Positions 40,166-53,888 of a DNA stretch of 64,000 bases are shown here, in pieces (position 1 is the first letter of the stretch; the number at the start of each line of letters is the position of its first letter). Under the pieces are notes generated by a model that had not been told where the DNA came from, searched no databases, and was given only the letters and a program-made list of their open reading frames with translations. The DNA is from Lama guanicoe (lineage: Eukaryota), in contig MU053520.1 of NCBI GenBank assembly GCA_013239625.1, forward strand, positions 1,145,103-1,209,102, given 5' to 3'. A program made the position numbers and the translations under genes.

Positions 40166-40723
40166 TGTTACCGTGAGAAGGGAAAAAAAGTTCTCAGCTC
40201 TTTGTCTTACAAGAAAAAAAGAATTTAAATGAGAGACTGAAAACGTGATGTAAACAGAAAGTTTTATTCATAGAGTAAATGTTAATAAAGTACACCTTCG
40301 AGAATTGAAGGTGGACCAACCCAAGGAGGAAAACAGTGCCACTCCTTTGTTTCTCCTGTCATGTCCTGGCTTAGGGGCATTCTCATGATTGACAGCTCAT
40401 GTCCCTTGAGGGCTTAGGCATGTTTGTCTCCTTTGTGCATGCTGTTACACAGATGCACACAGAAAAACCTACAGGAGGGGGCCCAAACCGCGATGATAAT
40501 TACATTCTGATGACCATTGGGTTATGTTAAGTAGAGTCTTCCTCTCTATTGCACAGCAGCAGCCTCCTACTCTAACCAGCTTCTTTGTTGGCCCTCTTTT
40601 AGAGAAAGTAAAACTCTTTCAAGCCCTTTATCTTGAGCACAGGCATTCTATTATCTTCTGGATTGCTCCCTCCCCTTGCTTCTCCCTCTTGCTTGGTGCT
40701 TATTTTTATCTAACTGTGTAACA
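40166..40723 (-). mobile_element. ERV1-type solo LTR (family A, copy 3)
   Basis: TGTTA...TAACA termini, TSD GTTG/TTTG, similar to 60172-60715. Confidence 0.83.
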
Positions 40724-41934
40724 TTTGGAGATATTTGGACAGGAGTGGGGAATGGGTTTCAGGCAAAATCAAAAATGAACAAACCAAAAGGCCAACTTCT
40801 TTGCAAAGGAATGGAGACATGGTTCTGAACCAGCAAGTGATTTGGAATGGTTTTGGTTTGGATGGGCCAGAATGCTCTATAGATGGACTACAATATACAT
40901 AGGGAAGAATGAGTAAGGAGGGGCATATGGGGGGGAAGGAAAATACCTTTTTCAGAAAGTAAACCCTTGTTCTTTTAAGCAAAATGTGAAGTAAGATCAT
41001 TTGGTACCTTAAGGTTATAGCAGACATGTGCTTCCACAAAACCTAGATTTAACAGTAATTCCCCAAATCTGATTAATTAATATAGCAGCCACCTAGCTTC
41101 TTAGTGCTTTTCTAATCTTGTCAGAATTGTAATCTTTTATCCCAAGATTCTTCTTCCAAAGGCATTAGGAGCTGGTTGCCACTATAAATTTGTTTCTTTG
41201 TTTTATTGAAGGTAAATCACTTTAGTTTTAATATAGTTATAATATATATTCTGTCATTTTTCATTAGTAGTTTTGTAAAAGTTGGGCTCTTGGATACTAT
41301 GTAAGTGTTTCTTTCTTTTATACTTGCACTGAAGTTGAAAGCATAAGGATGAAAAATGTATTTATCCATTTCTCTCCCCCTAGAAAATACTCAAAATCAG
41401 TTTAAATTGAAAAAATTTTAGAAAACTGTTGACAAAAATGATGAAGAAGTGTTTTGTCAACCAAAATGGCATCACTGTCACTGTTAATTACTGTAAATTG
41501 CCTTAGAAAGAAGATTTCCATTTCATGCTAGCATTTCTCATTGGCTTAAAACCAACCAGTGAATATTACATTGTATAACCTCAGACATGAAGTGTATGGC
41601 TAAATATTAATCTTGCAAACTACTACACTTACATCCAGAACCACACACCTAGTGGACTGAAGCAATAAAACAACTTATGACTCAGTTAAAATACTGAAAT
41701 GTTAGCTTGAAAAATGATGTCACTTCATCCCATTTGAAATAATCCCAGGCTCCGTGGATAGACTTAATGCTTTATTGTGAGGTCAGAGGCCTCCTGAATA
41801 AAGAGAAAACTAGTACAATATGAAATTTTCAAATTTAGTTTCTCTTACATTTCCCAGAAACTGTTTGTGAGATCTGTTTGAAGCCAACAGAACAACTCTA
41901 TAGAGAGGATGCCCATGACAGTTTGGGATACAGA

Positions 41935-42600
41935 TCATTCATTCATCTATTCCAATAAACATTTATTGATCTTCTTTTATAACAAAGTACAGTGCTATAT
42001 ACTGAAAAAATAATTAGAAGACTCTTTATATTTTGCCACACATTTGGAAAAAAAAACAAATGTTATTAAGTAATAACAATTCAGTGTGATAAGTGTTGTA
42101 AGATGTATTTGGAGAACACTGAAGAGCAGATTTCTGACTGCCTGTGAGAATTAAGAAAAGCTTCACATTTATGCTAAACTGAATATTTGTTCTCAATCAG
42201 ACTTCACTATGATAGAATAATATATCTACACTTTGGCTACCTCATGTACTCACTCCCTTTAACATTGAACTTGGCCATGTTATTTACTTACTTCAGGCAA
42301 GGGGATGTTAGTGGACATAAGATGGCAGGAGTGTAAAACTTGCTCATGGATTTGGGCTTGCCCTTACACTCCAGAAGTGAGTACCCAGGAGAGCTTCTGT
42401 CACTTCAGCAGGGATTTCAGAACAAACTGGCAGTCTAGAACCAAGCCCAGCTGGCAGATAACCTGAAGCAGAGACGCTAAAGTAAACCCAGGCAGGATCA
42501 CTTAAACGGTAGGCTCATGAAGACAAGAACAAGCACTTGTTGGAAATCAGTGAGTCTGAGGATTGTTTTTTTGTTGTTATTGTTGCAAAGCTGACTAATA
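41935..42600. mobile_element. L2 3' relic followed by an old MLT1 LTR fragment
   Basis: CATTCATTCATC...AAACATTTATTGA L2 tail; MLT1-like 42210-42600. Confidence 0.55.
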
Positions 42601-44020
42601 AATATTTATTCTGATTTTTAAAACGAGTAAGAATTTTCAAGGAGGAGAGGAAGGAAAGATATTCCAGGTAGATGGAATAACATGTAAAAAGAAAAAAGAA
42701 ATGGAGGCAAGAGATTGTATGATATATTTTATAAAGTATCGAGTACTTAGATATTGCTAATAGACAGGTTATGTGACGTGACTGGCTTAAAATTAAACTG
42801 GAAAGCTTGGTTGAGACCACACTGTTAAAGAGTTTGAAGTGCACTCCCTAAACAATAAGTATGTATTTTTCAGGAATATAATGCTTCAATTACATCTCTG
42901 GGTTAACCACTCAGCAATATAAGTCAAAGGGCTTAGTTGTGTTTTTTTTTTTTTACCAAAATATAGGTCCAAGTTTGAGTATTTAATTGACTTACTCCTT
43001 TTATGTCCACATGCTGAAATGGTTTTCTTGGTGCAATGCTTGCTTTTGGGGCCGAAACCTTATTTTTACAGCAAAGAACTGAGTGACTCTATTTTTTAAT
43101 TTGGTGTCCAGGATTCTAAGTCACAGAGAAGGAGCAGTGTGACATCTCTCTGACTTTTCCAGGTCCCAACTGTGCAAGGAATCATCATGAAGAACCATGT
43201 GGCTTTTATCAGCATTTGCACTGGGATCGACTCTAATGTAGTGAATTCAGCTTTACCCACCCATACTCTGCCTTTCTTGCAAACACAGCAAAACTCATCG
43301 AAATCTTCACAAATCACAGAATACAAAGCATCTAAGACACCTCTCTGTAGTCTCTTAAGGAAGCAGGAGACGTGGCTACTATCACAGTGAACATCTGGAG
43401 ATTTAGGGGGGACAATGATTATGGTGTAGGGAGCCTACTCAAGTAGACATGAATCTTCTTTAAAGTCAGTCAATCCATATAAAGAAGCCAAGAAGCCACG
43501 AGGAAACCACAACTGTCAAGGCACGTACTTATTAGCATTACAAAAATCAAGGAACGCTATAAATCCCATTTACCTATAGATATGCCCATCTTGTTCTCAG
43601 CCGTCTTCATATTTAGCAATATTTCTATAGCACCAATGAGTAGAGCAGACAATAGTTACAGGGAAATAAATTGGTGATATCAGTGATTAACACAGAACTA
43701 TCGTAATAATTTCTTACATTTATATTGTGCTCTGTAGTTTGCAAAATGCTTTCAGGTTCACTGTCTTACTTTCAAAGTCACTACCAACTTGTGAGTCAGC
43801 AGTCAGTTCTAACTTCTTCTGTGGATCAAATAATCAAACCTTAGAAAGTTTGAGAAAAACTTGCCAAAGGTCTCAGAGTTTGTTAATGATAAATGGGTCT
43901 TTTGACTCCTGGGCCAAGCTTCTTGACACTAATTGAAAAAAAAAAAATCTCAAAATAATCACACATCTGCTGTCTGAGCTCTCAGAATTAGACCTGTATC
44001 TAGCTAGGGGGTAGGAACTT

Positions 44021-44333
44021 TGCTATAGACTGAAAGTTGATGTCTCCCCAAAATTCATATGTTGACCCCTGACTTCCAATGTGGCAGTCTTAGGAGGTGG
44101 GGACTTAGGTCATAAGGGTGGAGACCCCAGAAAGCTCACTGCCCCTTCCTCCATGTGAGAACACAACAAGAAGATGGCCACCTATCAGCTGAGAAGCCAT
44201 TCTCACCAGACACTGAATCTGCTGGCACTTTGATCTTGAACTCCCCAGCTTCCAGAATGTGAAAAATAAATGTTTGCTGTTTAAGCTATTCGGTCTATGG
44301 TATTTTTGTTATCAAAGCCCAAATGAACTGGCA
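44021..44333 (+). mobile_element. MLT1A-like MaLR solo LTR
   Basis: TGCTATAGACTGAA...CCCCAAAATTCATATGTTGA...AATAAATGTTTGCTGTTTAAGC. Confidence 0.85.
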
Positions 44334-45130
44334 ACCATCCATTTTGTTCTGGTGTATTTTCCTACCCAACACTATTGTTACACAACTAACCTAATAAAGC
44401 CAAGGGAGGACTTCCTGAGATGGGAGCAGGTGACCAGTCAGTAAAACCATAGTAACCTTTACATTTAAGTAACACCTCAGAACTTTAAACAATACTTGTA
44501 TAACTAAAATGAAAATTACTGATTTTAACTCTTGTTATATACTTTCTCAGAGGAAGCATTTGTATCAAAATAGCTTGAATTGTAAGTCAAAGGATTTGAC
44601 TTACACAAATTCTTATATTATCACTTAACAAGTTCTAATTTCATGAGTATTCAGTTGATGAAACATGCCCCCAGCAGTGAATGACTTAAAAGAATAACTC
44701 ATTCAGTTGATTGACTAACTGAGAATCAAAATCTGTTATCCTAACTCCTGGATCAGACATCACGTAGTAATGATGATCCCATATTGTGCTGGGAAAGGAT
44801 CATTTTATCTTCTACCCAACTCCAAGTCCCCAACCACGGTCAGCACAAGCAAACCACACACACACACCCCACTTTAGGATTATGTCTATATCCAGAGTTC
44901 ACATCTTATAACTCTGTCCTTTGTACCTTAATCAACCTTGTTCTGGCCAGCAACACTCCTGTAAATTGCCAAGGGCTTAGGTTTCATGGTTTGACTTTCT
45001 GCTCTCTCTGATGACTGATTTCACTCACTGATCAAATACAGCAGCCATTCTTTTTCGTCTATTTTGTACCAACCCAGATGGAACACTCAGCACTTCTTAA
45101 ATTTTCCAAAATACACTTCTGAGGGAGCAG

Positions 45131-45140
45131 CCAAGATGGC
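45131..45140 (+). promoter_or_regulatory. YY1-type motif at the L1 5' end
   Basis: CCAAGATGGC about 11 nt from the element start, the canonical position for L1 internal promoters. Confidence 0.7.
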
Positions 45141-46817
45141 AGAGCAGTTTGATGTTCTTAGCTCACCCTCTCCCACAAGTACACCAAGAGAAGAATCCAA
45201 AGACCCACCCATTCACTCAGAACACCTACTGAACTTTGACAAAACATCACCTTCTTCAAAAGACAAACTTCCTCACAAATATGGTAGGAGAAAGAAAAAA
45301 GAAGAAAAAAGGAAATTAGAGTGGGACCTGACCTGCGAGGTGGGAGCAGCAAAGGAGAAATAGTGCTCTTATGCTGGGACTCCCCATCTCCAATGGCGAG
45401 GTCAGTGGGGATGGAAGGGGCTCGGATCTGTGCCAGCAGCCTTTGGCTGACAGAACTAAATGAAACTGGCATGAAGGATACCTGTGATCTTCAGCCCCAG
45501 ACACGAGCCTGTGGGCATGGGCCAAGACTGGCTGCCCAAGCCAGACAGAGGCCTGGGGTCAACTGTGCAGAGGCAGCCTCAGGGGACTGGAGTGTGCTAT
45601 GCACCATGGCTGGGAGTATATACAGAACAGAATAGCCTGGGTCCCCCATAAAAAAAAAGAAAGAAAGAAAGCAACTCTGCTGGTGTTTATGGGGGGAAGG
45701 GTGCAATGCTTCTGGCCAAAGTCTTTGTCTCCACAGACCTCCAGCACCATCACTGGTGCATTCTTGGGAGAAAAGAGGCAGGGCTCAGCCATAGCTACTA
45801 TATCTACTGATGCACAGCTCCCAGGTGGAGGTGGGGTTGAAATCTGAATCTGTACTCAGGGCCTCCACAACTTCATAGGTGGGACTGACATTTGTTTACA
45901 GCCCCAGGCAGGGGGACCATTTTGCTCCACAAGTGCCTTTGTGGACTCATGCCTCTAAGACAAACAAGCAAGGAGCGGAGTTCTGGAACACAGCAAGGGT
46001 GAGAGCAGTTGCAGCTGTTTTCTGCAAGCCCAATTACCATGCACAGATGTGGCGCTGGGAATGGTGCTGACCCAGTGGCATGACCCATGAGCCCCTGGAA
46101 TGAGTGAGCAGAGTTAGAGCAGTGCGGCAGATGCAAGGGCAGCGTTTGGCACTGGGGATGGTGCGGACCTCGTAATGCAAATGTGCAGTCACTGAGGACT
46201 GGGAGCCCTACCAGCACAGGCCTCTAACACAAGCAATTAGAGTTCACACAGCAGGGCAAGTGCAGAAGCAGCGTTTGGTGCTGGGGACAGCACTGACCCA
46301 ATACTGCACCACAATCCAGGTGTGCAACCCAGAGGTCAATGGAACTGCACTGGTAGCTCTGTGAGGAGAGAAGCTGGGGGACACCAGAGCAGAGCACTGG
46401 CATTCCTGCAGCTAAAGTGGGGACAAGGGCAGAGTCAACAAAATAAAGCACTCCAACCCTGCCTCCTATGCACCACAGCTAAGAAATTGGTCTGGGAGCT
46501 TCCACTCCAACAAAAGAGGAGCAGACCCAGCCCCTGTCAGGGCTATAACAACCACAGAACAAAAAGGAGACCCCACCCAGCAACCAGGGCAGGCTTTGGT
46601 CACCACAACACCAGCCACATCCCCAGTCAAGGGTATAACAGCCAACACACACAGAAGAAAGACATAAGAACCATCCATACTAAAAAGAGACCTTGTGACA
46701 AAATTATTAGGGGTGTACAGTCTACATAGGAACACATCCACTTAAAAAAAATCCTTTCAAGAGCACAGTAGATAACTGATACTCCATAATCCACAGAGCT
46801 ATAGTGAGATAAGTAAA

Positions 46818-47706
46818 ATAAAGAAGCAGAGGAACTACTCTCAATTAAAAGAACAAGAGAAAACCCCCCCAAAATGATCAATTAAATACACTTTGATAGT
46901 CCACTAGATCATGACATCAAAAAGGACATGATAAAAAGCACTGAAGGAAATAAAAAAGACTATGAATAGAGGCAGAGAATACTATAAAAAGGAGCTTGAA
47001 ACCATAAAGAAGAGCCAATTAAAAAGCAGAAAACTCAATGTTTGAGTTAAGAGCTGAGCTAAAGGCAATTAAAAGCAGACCAGACAATGCAGAGGAACCA
47101 ATAAGTGACTTAGAAGACAGGATAACAGAAGCCACACAGTCAGAACAGGAGACAGAGAAGCAAATAAAAACCAATGAAGCAATATAAGAAACCTATGAGA
47201 CAATATAAAGTGTGCCACCCTATGCATAATAAGGGTCCCAAAAGGAAAAGGAAGAAAAAAGAGGGCTGAAAAGATATTTGAAGAAGTTATGACTGAAAAA
47301 TTCCCAAACCTAAAGAAGGAATCAGATATCCAAATATAGGAAGCACAGAGAGTGACCAATAAGAAGAACTCAAACAGACCTACCAAGACATATTATAAAT
47401 AAGTTGACCAAAGTTGAAGTAAAGAAATGATTCTAAAGTCAGCAAAAGAAAAACAAAGGGTTAGTTACAAGGAAACCCCCATAAGGCTTTCAGCTGATTT
47501 CTCTACATAAACGTTGCAGGCCAGAATGGAGCGGAAAGATATATTCAAAGTTCTGAATGAGAAAAAGCTGCAACCTAGGACACTTTATGCAGCAAGGCTA
47601 TCTTTAAGAATAGAAAGAGAGAAAGATTTTCACAGATAAGCAAAAACTGAAAGAATTCAGTAATACTAAACCTATACTGAAAGAAATATTGAAAGTTCTA
47701 CTCTAA
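46818..47706 (+). pseudogene. ORF1: Decayed L1 ORF1
   Basis: A-rich coiled-coil-like region and ORF1 motifs (GAAAAATTCCCAAACCTA, CCCATAAGGCTTTCAGCTGATTTCTC); start mutated, stops and frameshifts. Confidence 0.8.
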
Positions 47707-48103
47707 ATAGAAAAGAAGAAGGATACTATAGAAAGGGGAAAATCATAATTTGAAAGGCAATAACTATAATAACTTGCAACAGAATAAAAATGAAGATGTA
47801 AAAAAGTACATCAAAATTATTAAAGATGGGAGAGGAGCAAGAAAATATAGACTTTTTTTCTTTTTTTCATTCTTTTTAGAATATGTTTGAGCTTTATGAC
47901 CATCAGTTTAAGGCAAACAGATATAGTAAAGGGTTAATATACTTGAAAAGCAGGCTAACCACAAGTCAAAAGCATACAATAGACTCACAAAATCTAAATA
48001 GAAACCAAGATAATACAGAATAAAATTATCAAGCTACAAAAAGATTTTTAAAAAACAAGAAATAAAGAGGAAATACCAAATCAACTGGAAAACTAAATTC
48101 AAA

Positions 48104-50600
48104 ATGGCAATAAACACACATCTATCAATAACTACCATAAATGTCAATGGACTAAATGCTCCAATCAAAAGGCACAGAGTGTCAGATTGGATAATAAAAC
48201 AAGAACCTACAATATGCTGCCAACAAGAGACCCATTTTAGGGAGAAGTACACACATAGATTGAAAGCGAGAGTATGGAAAAAAATATTTTATATATACAA
48301 AAATGACAAGAAAGCAAGAGTAGCAATACTGACTTCAGACAAAACAGACTTTAAAACAAAGCCATAAATAAAGATAAAGAAGGGCACTATATAATTATTA
48401 AAGGAGTACTACAAGATGAAGATATTACACTCATTAACATAGTGTCTCATCCCAATCCTTCTCAAACTCTTCCAGAAGATTGAAAAGGAGAGAGTACTCC
48501 CAAACTCATTCTATGAAGCCACCATCACCCTGATACCAAAGCCAGACAAAGGCACTACCAAAAAAGAAAATTACAGGCCAATATCACTGATGAACATAGA
48601 TACAAAGGTCCTCAACAAAATATTATCAAACAAAATCCAACAGCACGTAAAAAAGATTATACACCATGATCAAGTTGGATTCATCCCAGGTAAACAAGGT
48701 TGGTTCAACATACACAAATAAATTATTGTGACACACCACACCAACAAAAGAAAGGACAAAAACCACATGATCATCTCAATAGATGCAGAAAAAGCATTTG
48801 ATAAAATTCAACACCCATTTATGATAAAGACTCTTACCAAAGTGGGTATAGAGGAAACATATCTCAACAAAATAAAAGCTATTTATGACAAACCCACAGC
48901 CAGCATAATACTCAATGATGAAAAACTGAAAGACTTCCCACTAAAATCTGGAGCAAGACAAGGATGCCCACTCTCACTACTTCTATTCAACATAGTCTTG
49001 GAAGTGCTAGCCACAGCAATCAGGCAAGAAAACAATAATAATAAAAGGGATCCAAATTAGAATCCCTTTTAAAATCACATCAAGAACAATAAAATACTTA
49101 GGAATAAATCTGACAAAGAAGGTGAAAGACTGATACATGGAGAAGTACAAAACAATGATTAAGTTAATTAAAGATGACTTAAAGAAATGGAAAGATATCC
49201 CATGCTCTTGGATTGGAAGAATCAATATGGTTAAAATGGCCATACTGCCCAAGGCAATGTATAGATTTAATGCAATCCCTATCAAATTACCCAGGATGTT
49301 CTTCACAGAACTAGAACAAACAACCCTAAAATTGATATGGAATCACTAAAGACCCAGAATTCTCAAAGCAATGTTGAAGAAAAAGAATGAAGCTGGTAGA
49401 ATAACCCCCCCAGGCTTCAGACAATACTACAGAGCTATAATAATCAAAACAGCATGGTATTGGCATAAAAACAAACATATGGATCAATGGAACAGTATAG
49501 AAAGCCCAGAAATAAACCCATAAACCTATAGTCAATTAATCAATAATGGAGGCAAGAATATATAATGGAGAAAAGGTAATCTCTTCAGTAAGTGGTGCTG
49601 GGAAAACTGGACAGCAGCATATAAATCAATGAAGTTAGAACACTCCCTCAACCTATAGACAAAACTAAACTCAAAATGGCTTAAAGACTTAAATATGACA
49701 AGATGCTATAGAAGAAAACATTGGCAAAACATTCTCTGACATAAATCTTAGCAATGTTCTCCTGTGGCAGTCCACCCAGGCTATGGGAAAAAGAGCAAAA
49801 ATAAACAAATAAGACCTAAATAAATGTATAAGCTTTTGCACAGCAAAAGTAACCAAAAAGCAAAACAAAAGACAGCCTACTGAATGGGAGAAAATATTTG
49901 CAAATGATGCAACTGAAAAAGTCTTAAATTCCAGAATATATAAGCAGCTCATACAACATAATAACAAAAAAGAAACAATCCTGTTTAAAAATAGGTGGAA
50001 AATCTAAGCAAGCAATGCTCCAATGAAGACATACAAATGGCCAATAGGCACATGAAAAAATGCTCAATATCACCAATTATCAGAGAAATGCAAATCAAAA
50101 TTAAAATGAGGCATCACCTCTCACCAGTCAGAATGGCCATCATTCAAAAGTCCATGAATAATAAATACTAGAGAGGGTGAGGGGAAAAGGTAACCCTCTT
50201 ACACTGCTGGTGGGATTGTGGTTTGGTGCAGCCATTATGGAAAACAGTATGGTGATTCCTCAAAAGACTAAAAATTGACTTACCATATGATCCAGCAACC
50301 CCACTTCTGGGTATATCTCTGGAAGGAACTCTAATTTGAAAGTATGTTTGCACCCCAATGTTCATAGCAGCACAACATACAATAGCCAAGACATGGAAGC
50401 AACCTAAATATCCATCAACAGATGACTGGATAAAGAAGTTGTGGTATATTTATACAATGGAATACTACTCAGTCATAAAAAATAATAAAATAATGGCATT
50501 TGCAGCAGCATGAATGAACTTGAATATCATTATTCTCAGTGAAGGAAGCCACAAAGAGAAAGAAAAATACCATATGATATCACTCATATGTGGAATTAAA
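48104..50600 (+). pseudogene. ORF2: Decayed L1 ORF2 with internal deletions
   Basis: Fragments MAINTHLSITTINVNGLN (endonuclease start), [19 protein letters not shown] and [14 protein letters not shown]; multiple stops. Confidence 0.9.
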
Positions 50601-51959
50601 AAAAAAAGGAGAAAGAATAAAAAAGGACACTAATGAATTCATCTGCAAAACAGAAACAGACTTGCAGATGTAGTAGACAATCTTACAGTTATAGGAGAAA
50701 GGGGATGGGAAGGGATAAATTTGGGAGTTTGAGATTTATAAATATTAGCCATTATATACAAAAATAGATTTTAAAAATTTCTTCTGTATAGGATAAGAAA
50801 CTATGTTCAATATCTTATAATAACCTTTAATGAAAACAAATATATGTACATATATGCATGACTGGGTCATTTTGCCCTACACCAGAAATTGACACATTAT
50901 AACTGACTGTACTTTAATTTAAAAAAAATACACTTCAGTAAAATATTTACGAGTAGCGAACACTAATGAAGGCTTTGTGTGATTGTAAGGGCTTACATCT
51001 CAAAAAAGCTTATTACTTAAAATATTAACAGTAGCTATTAATAAGCATTCTTTATTCACCCTACCCTAGGGAATTTCTTTTGACCATTTAGTTGGTCATA
51101 TTCTCATTGTCCATCCTCATAACTCAGTTTTCATTACAAACAGCAGAATAATTTTGCTTTCTATCCATTATACCTACCTCTGCATATCCAAAGATTCTTT
51201 AACATATTCTGCCAAAATAAAGGCCATATACCCAGATTTCCTTTTTGGTAAGACTGAGAATATGTCTGAAGCTTTGAAAAATTCACTGTTCCTTCCTTCC
51301 ACCTAAGTCACTCTAAGTGGGAAGTTGCAATAATAGATACCCAGGGAGTTAGAAGTGATTATACTCAATTCGGTTTTAAATCACACTTTTTGTTATCTTG
51401 CTCTAGGAGGTATGTGAAAAGTTTCCGTTGGAAAGAGGAATTGGCTGTCAAAATTGCTTGACATTCTGTCAGGATAAGATACCAATCCTGAGTGTCTGCA
51501 GCATCCATTGTGGGCTGAATAAACCATGTTTAAACAGAAGAGCTAGCATGTGCATGCAGTCATTTCAAATGCTCGTAAAACAAGTAAAATTTCCATGACT
51601 TAGTTAGGTGGGAACTTTCTCTTTTTATATTTTAAAAGCCCTGTGTGCCCTGGTTTTTGGATCTCCCTTTCCTAGTCATCTATACTGCCTTAAGTGAAAC
51701 TCACCATTGTTCTCTGTCTTGGGTCCTGGGTACAGCAGGTAATAATAATCAGAAAGAAAAAATGTCCTTCCTAAACTTTCTTCAGCTCCAGATGCTTTTT
51801 ATGATTCATGTGCTGGGGAGGAGCTCATGTACCTATCTCCACCCCCAATTTGTCTGGAAACTGTTGATGTACTAAAGTTAGTGTTATGGTTAAGCACATG
51901 GCACTAGAGTCAGAGTTCTTAGGTTCAGATTCTTGCTCCTCCATCCGTCATTTCTTTGA

Positions 51960-52460
51960 TCAAGAGTAAATTCCCAAATGCCATCTGACTTAACCCATCA
52001 GTATCATTTGACAGTTTATGTCCTTCTTGAAACTCCATCCTCCTTTCAGGACATTACACTTCGACTTTATTCCTGGGTCACTGGCAGCTTCTTTTCAGTT
52101 TTCTTCATGGGTGCCTCCGCATTTCTTTGAGCTCAAAATGTTGACATGCCCCAGAGGTTAGTCCTTGGCTCTCTTTTCTCTCTACCCTCACTTCCTTAGT
52201 GATCTCAAACATTTTTATGGCTTTAATTGGGCATAGATTTCTCTCCTGAACTACAGATTCATGTGACCAACTTAAAGTCCAAAACTGAGTTTGTGATTGA
52301 CAGTCACCTACCCCTGACAAACCAGTTCTTCTGAGATGTTCCTTATCTCTTGTGATGGAAGGTAAATCTTTTCACCATCCTTTTCTTTCATCCCTATTTT
52401 CAATCAAAAATTTCTGTCTTATCTTCAGATATATCCACTTCTCACTATAGACACTACTTT
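51960..52460. mobile_element. L2 relic
   Basis: CTTCTTGAAAC...TCTCTCCTGAACT.CAGA pattern typical of L2. Confidence 0.55.
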
Positions 52461-52614
52461 TTAAATTTTTAAAAAATTTTTTATTCTTTTTAATTTTTAT
52501 TTATTTTTTTTGTGGGGGAGGTAATTAAGTTTATTTATTTATTTATGTTTAGATTCCCAGTACCTTGTGCATGCTAAGCATGTACTCTATCACTTGAGCT
52601 ATACCCTCCCCTCC
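52461..52614 (-). mobile_element. Camelid tRNA-derived SINE (vic-1-like)
   Basis: Minus strand starts GGGGAGGGTATAGCTCAAGTG (A box); AT-rich tail; imperfect TSD ATAGACACTACTTTT/ATAGAAGCTACTTTT. Confidence 0.88.
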
Positions 52615-53701
52615 ATAGAAGCTACTTTTAAGTCACAAAAATCCTTTGTTAAATTATTATTATAGTCCTCTTGACCTGCCTGCTTATATTCCATTAGCAA
52701 CACGGACATAATCTTGCACCTAAAATGCAAATAGACATTTGCCAGTGATTGGCTTATTGGATCTTTGACTTAGACTTGTTCTACCATCTTTTTTCTGTTG
52801 TTAGGCTGAAAACATGAAATTAAAATCCTAAATTCCTTTTGCTAATTGTGCTCTTGTTCAGATATGCCAGCGAGAGGCACTGATGGGATTTTTAGCATTT
52901 TGGGAAAACAGAGGACATACATTCTCTGCTTCTGGCTCCTACAGCAACAATAGGAAGAGACTTCAGGTTCCCAAGGGCCCCAGGATCATCAGTGACTCCA
53001 ATGTCTCTGGTGAAACAAACATTATCGTTCTGTTCAGCGATGCGTCCTGTATCCTCAACAACAGGGATTCAGACTGTGCTCATAGAAATGGGAGTGAGGA
53101 TCCCCCAAGCCCAGCAGCAAAGGCTACCATGGGAACAATGGCAGAGTTCTGATCTCTGGAGAAATCCACTCCCCCCTTTTGTTCTCCAACTCCAGTTCCT
53201 TATTTAAGCCACTCTCTGCTTGTGTTTTCATGACTAGACATTCACTCATGCAACATAGATGAAGAACATTAAGGTAAGTGCAGCAATCTAAGTCATATAG
53301 GGACGGTTGGTATAGAAAAAACAATCTTTATCTTGCTTAAGAGGGTGGAAGGAAGAAAAAGCTTCACTATGGAGGACTTTCTTGCTGAGAGTCTAAAAGA
53401 TTGAGTTAATAGGGAATTGGAGTGAGGAGAAGAAGACATCTGAGGCAGAAAAAGTACCAAATGCAAAGTTAGGTAGACTTTTTAAAAGTGTGATATTTTG
53501 AAAAGGAAAGCCCAAGGACTTGGAATTAGAGAAACTATATATGTAGTTTTTTTTTTCAATAATTCACTCTAGTCGTGTAGTTGTATCCAGACTATTTTGT
53601 CCTCTTAGTGAACGTGATCTTCTTTGTAACCCCTTTTAACTCCATAGGATTACAAACTCTAAGTAGCCAAGGGCAAAACTGGGAATAAAAAAGGTTGTAC
53701 A

Positions 53702-53888
53702 GAAGAGATAAAAATGATTGTACTGTATAGCGCAGGGAAGCATATACAAGATCTTGTGGTAGCTCATAGCAAAAAAAAAATGTGACAATGAACATATGTA
53801 TGTTCATGTATAACTGAAAAGTTGTGCTCTACACTGGAATTTGACACAGCATTGTAAAATGACTATAACTCAATAAAAATGTTAACAA
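53702..53888 (+). mobile_element. Short camelid L1 3' end
   Basis: L1 3' UTR with near-TSD AAAAAGGTTGTACA/AAAAAGTTGTACA. Confidence 0.85.

Larger units (their letters stand above)
45120..50924 (+). mobile_element. Near-full-length older LINE-1 with two internal ORF2 deletions
   Basis: 12-bp TSD AAAATACACTTC (45108-45119 and 50925-50936). Contains 5' UTR, ORF1, about 400-bp spacer, ORF2 and 3' UTR. Confidence 0.95.

Noticed and set aside
45064..46881. Cluster of overlapping ORFs
   Set aside because: Lies in the GC-richer L1 5' UTR; no recognisable protein.
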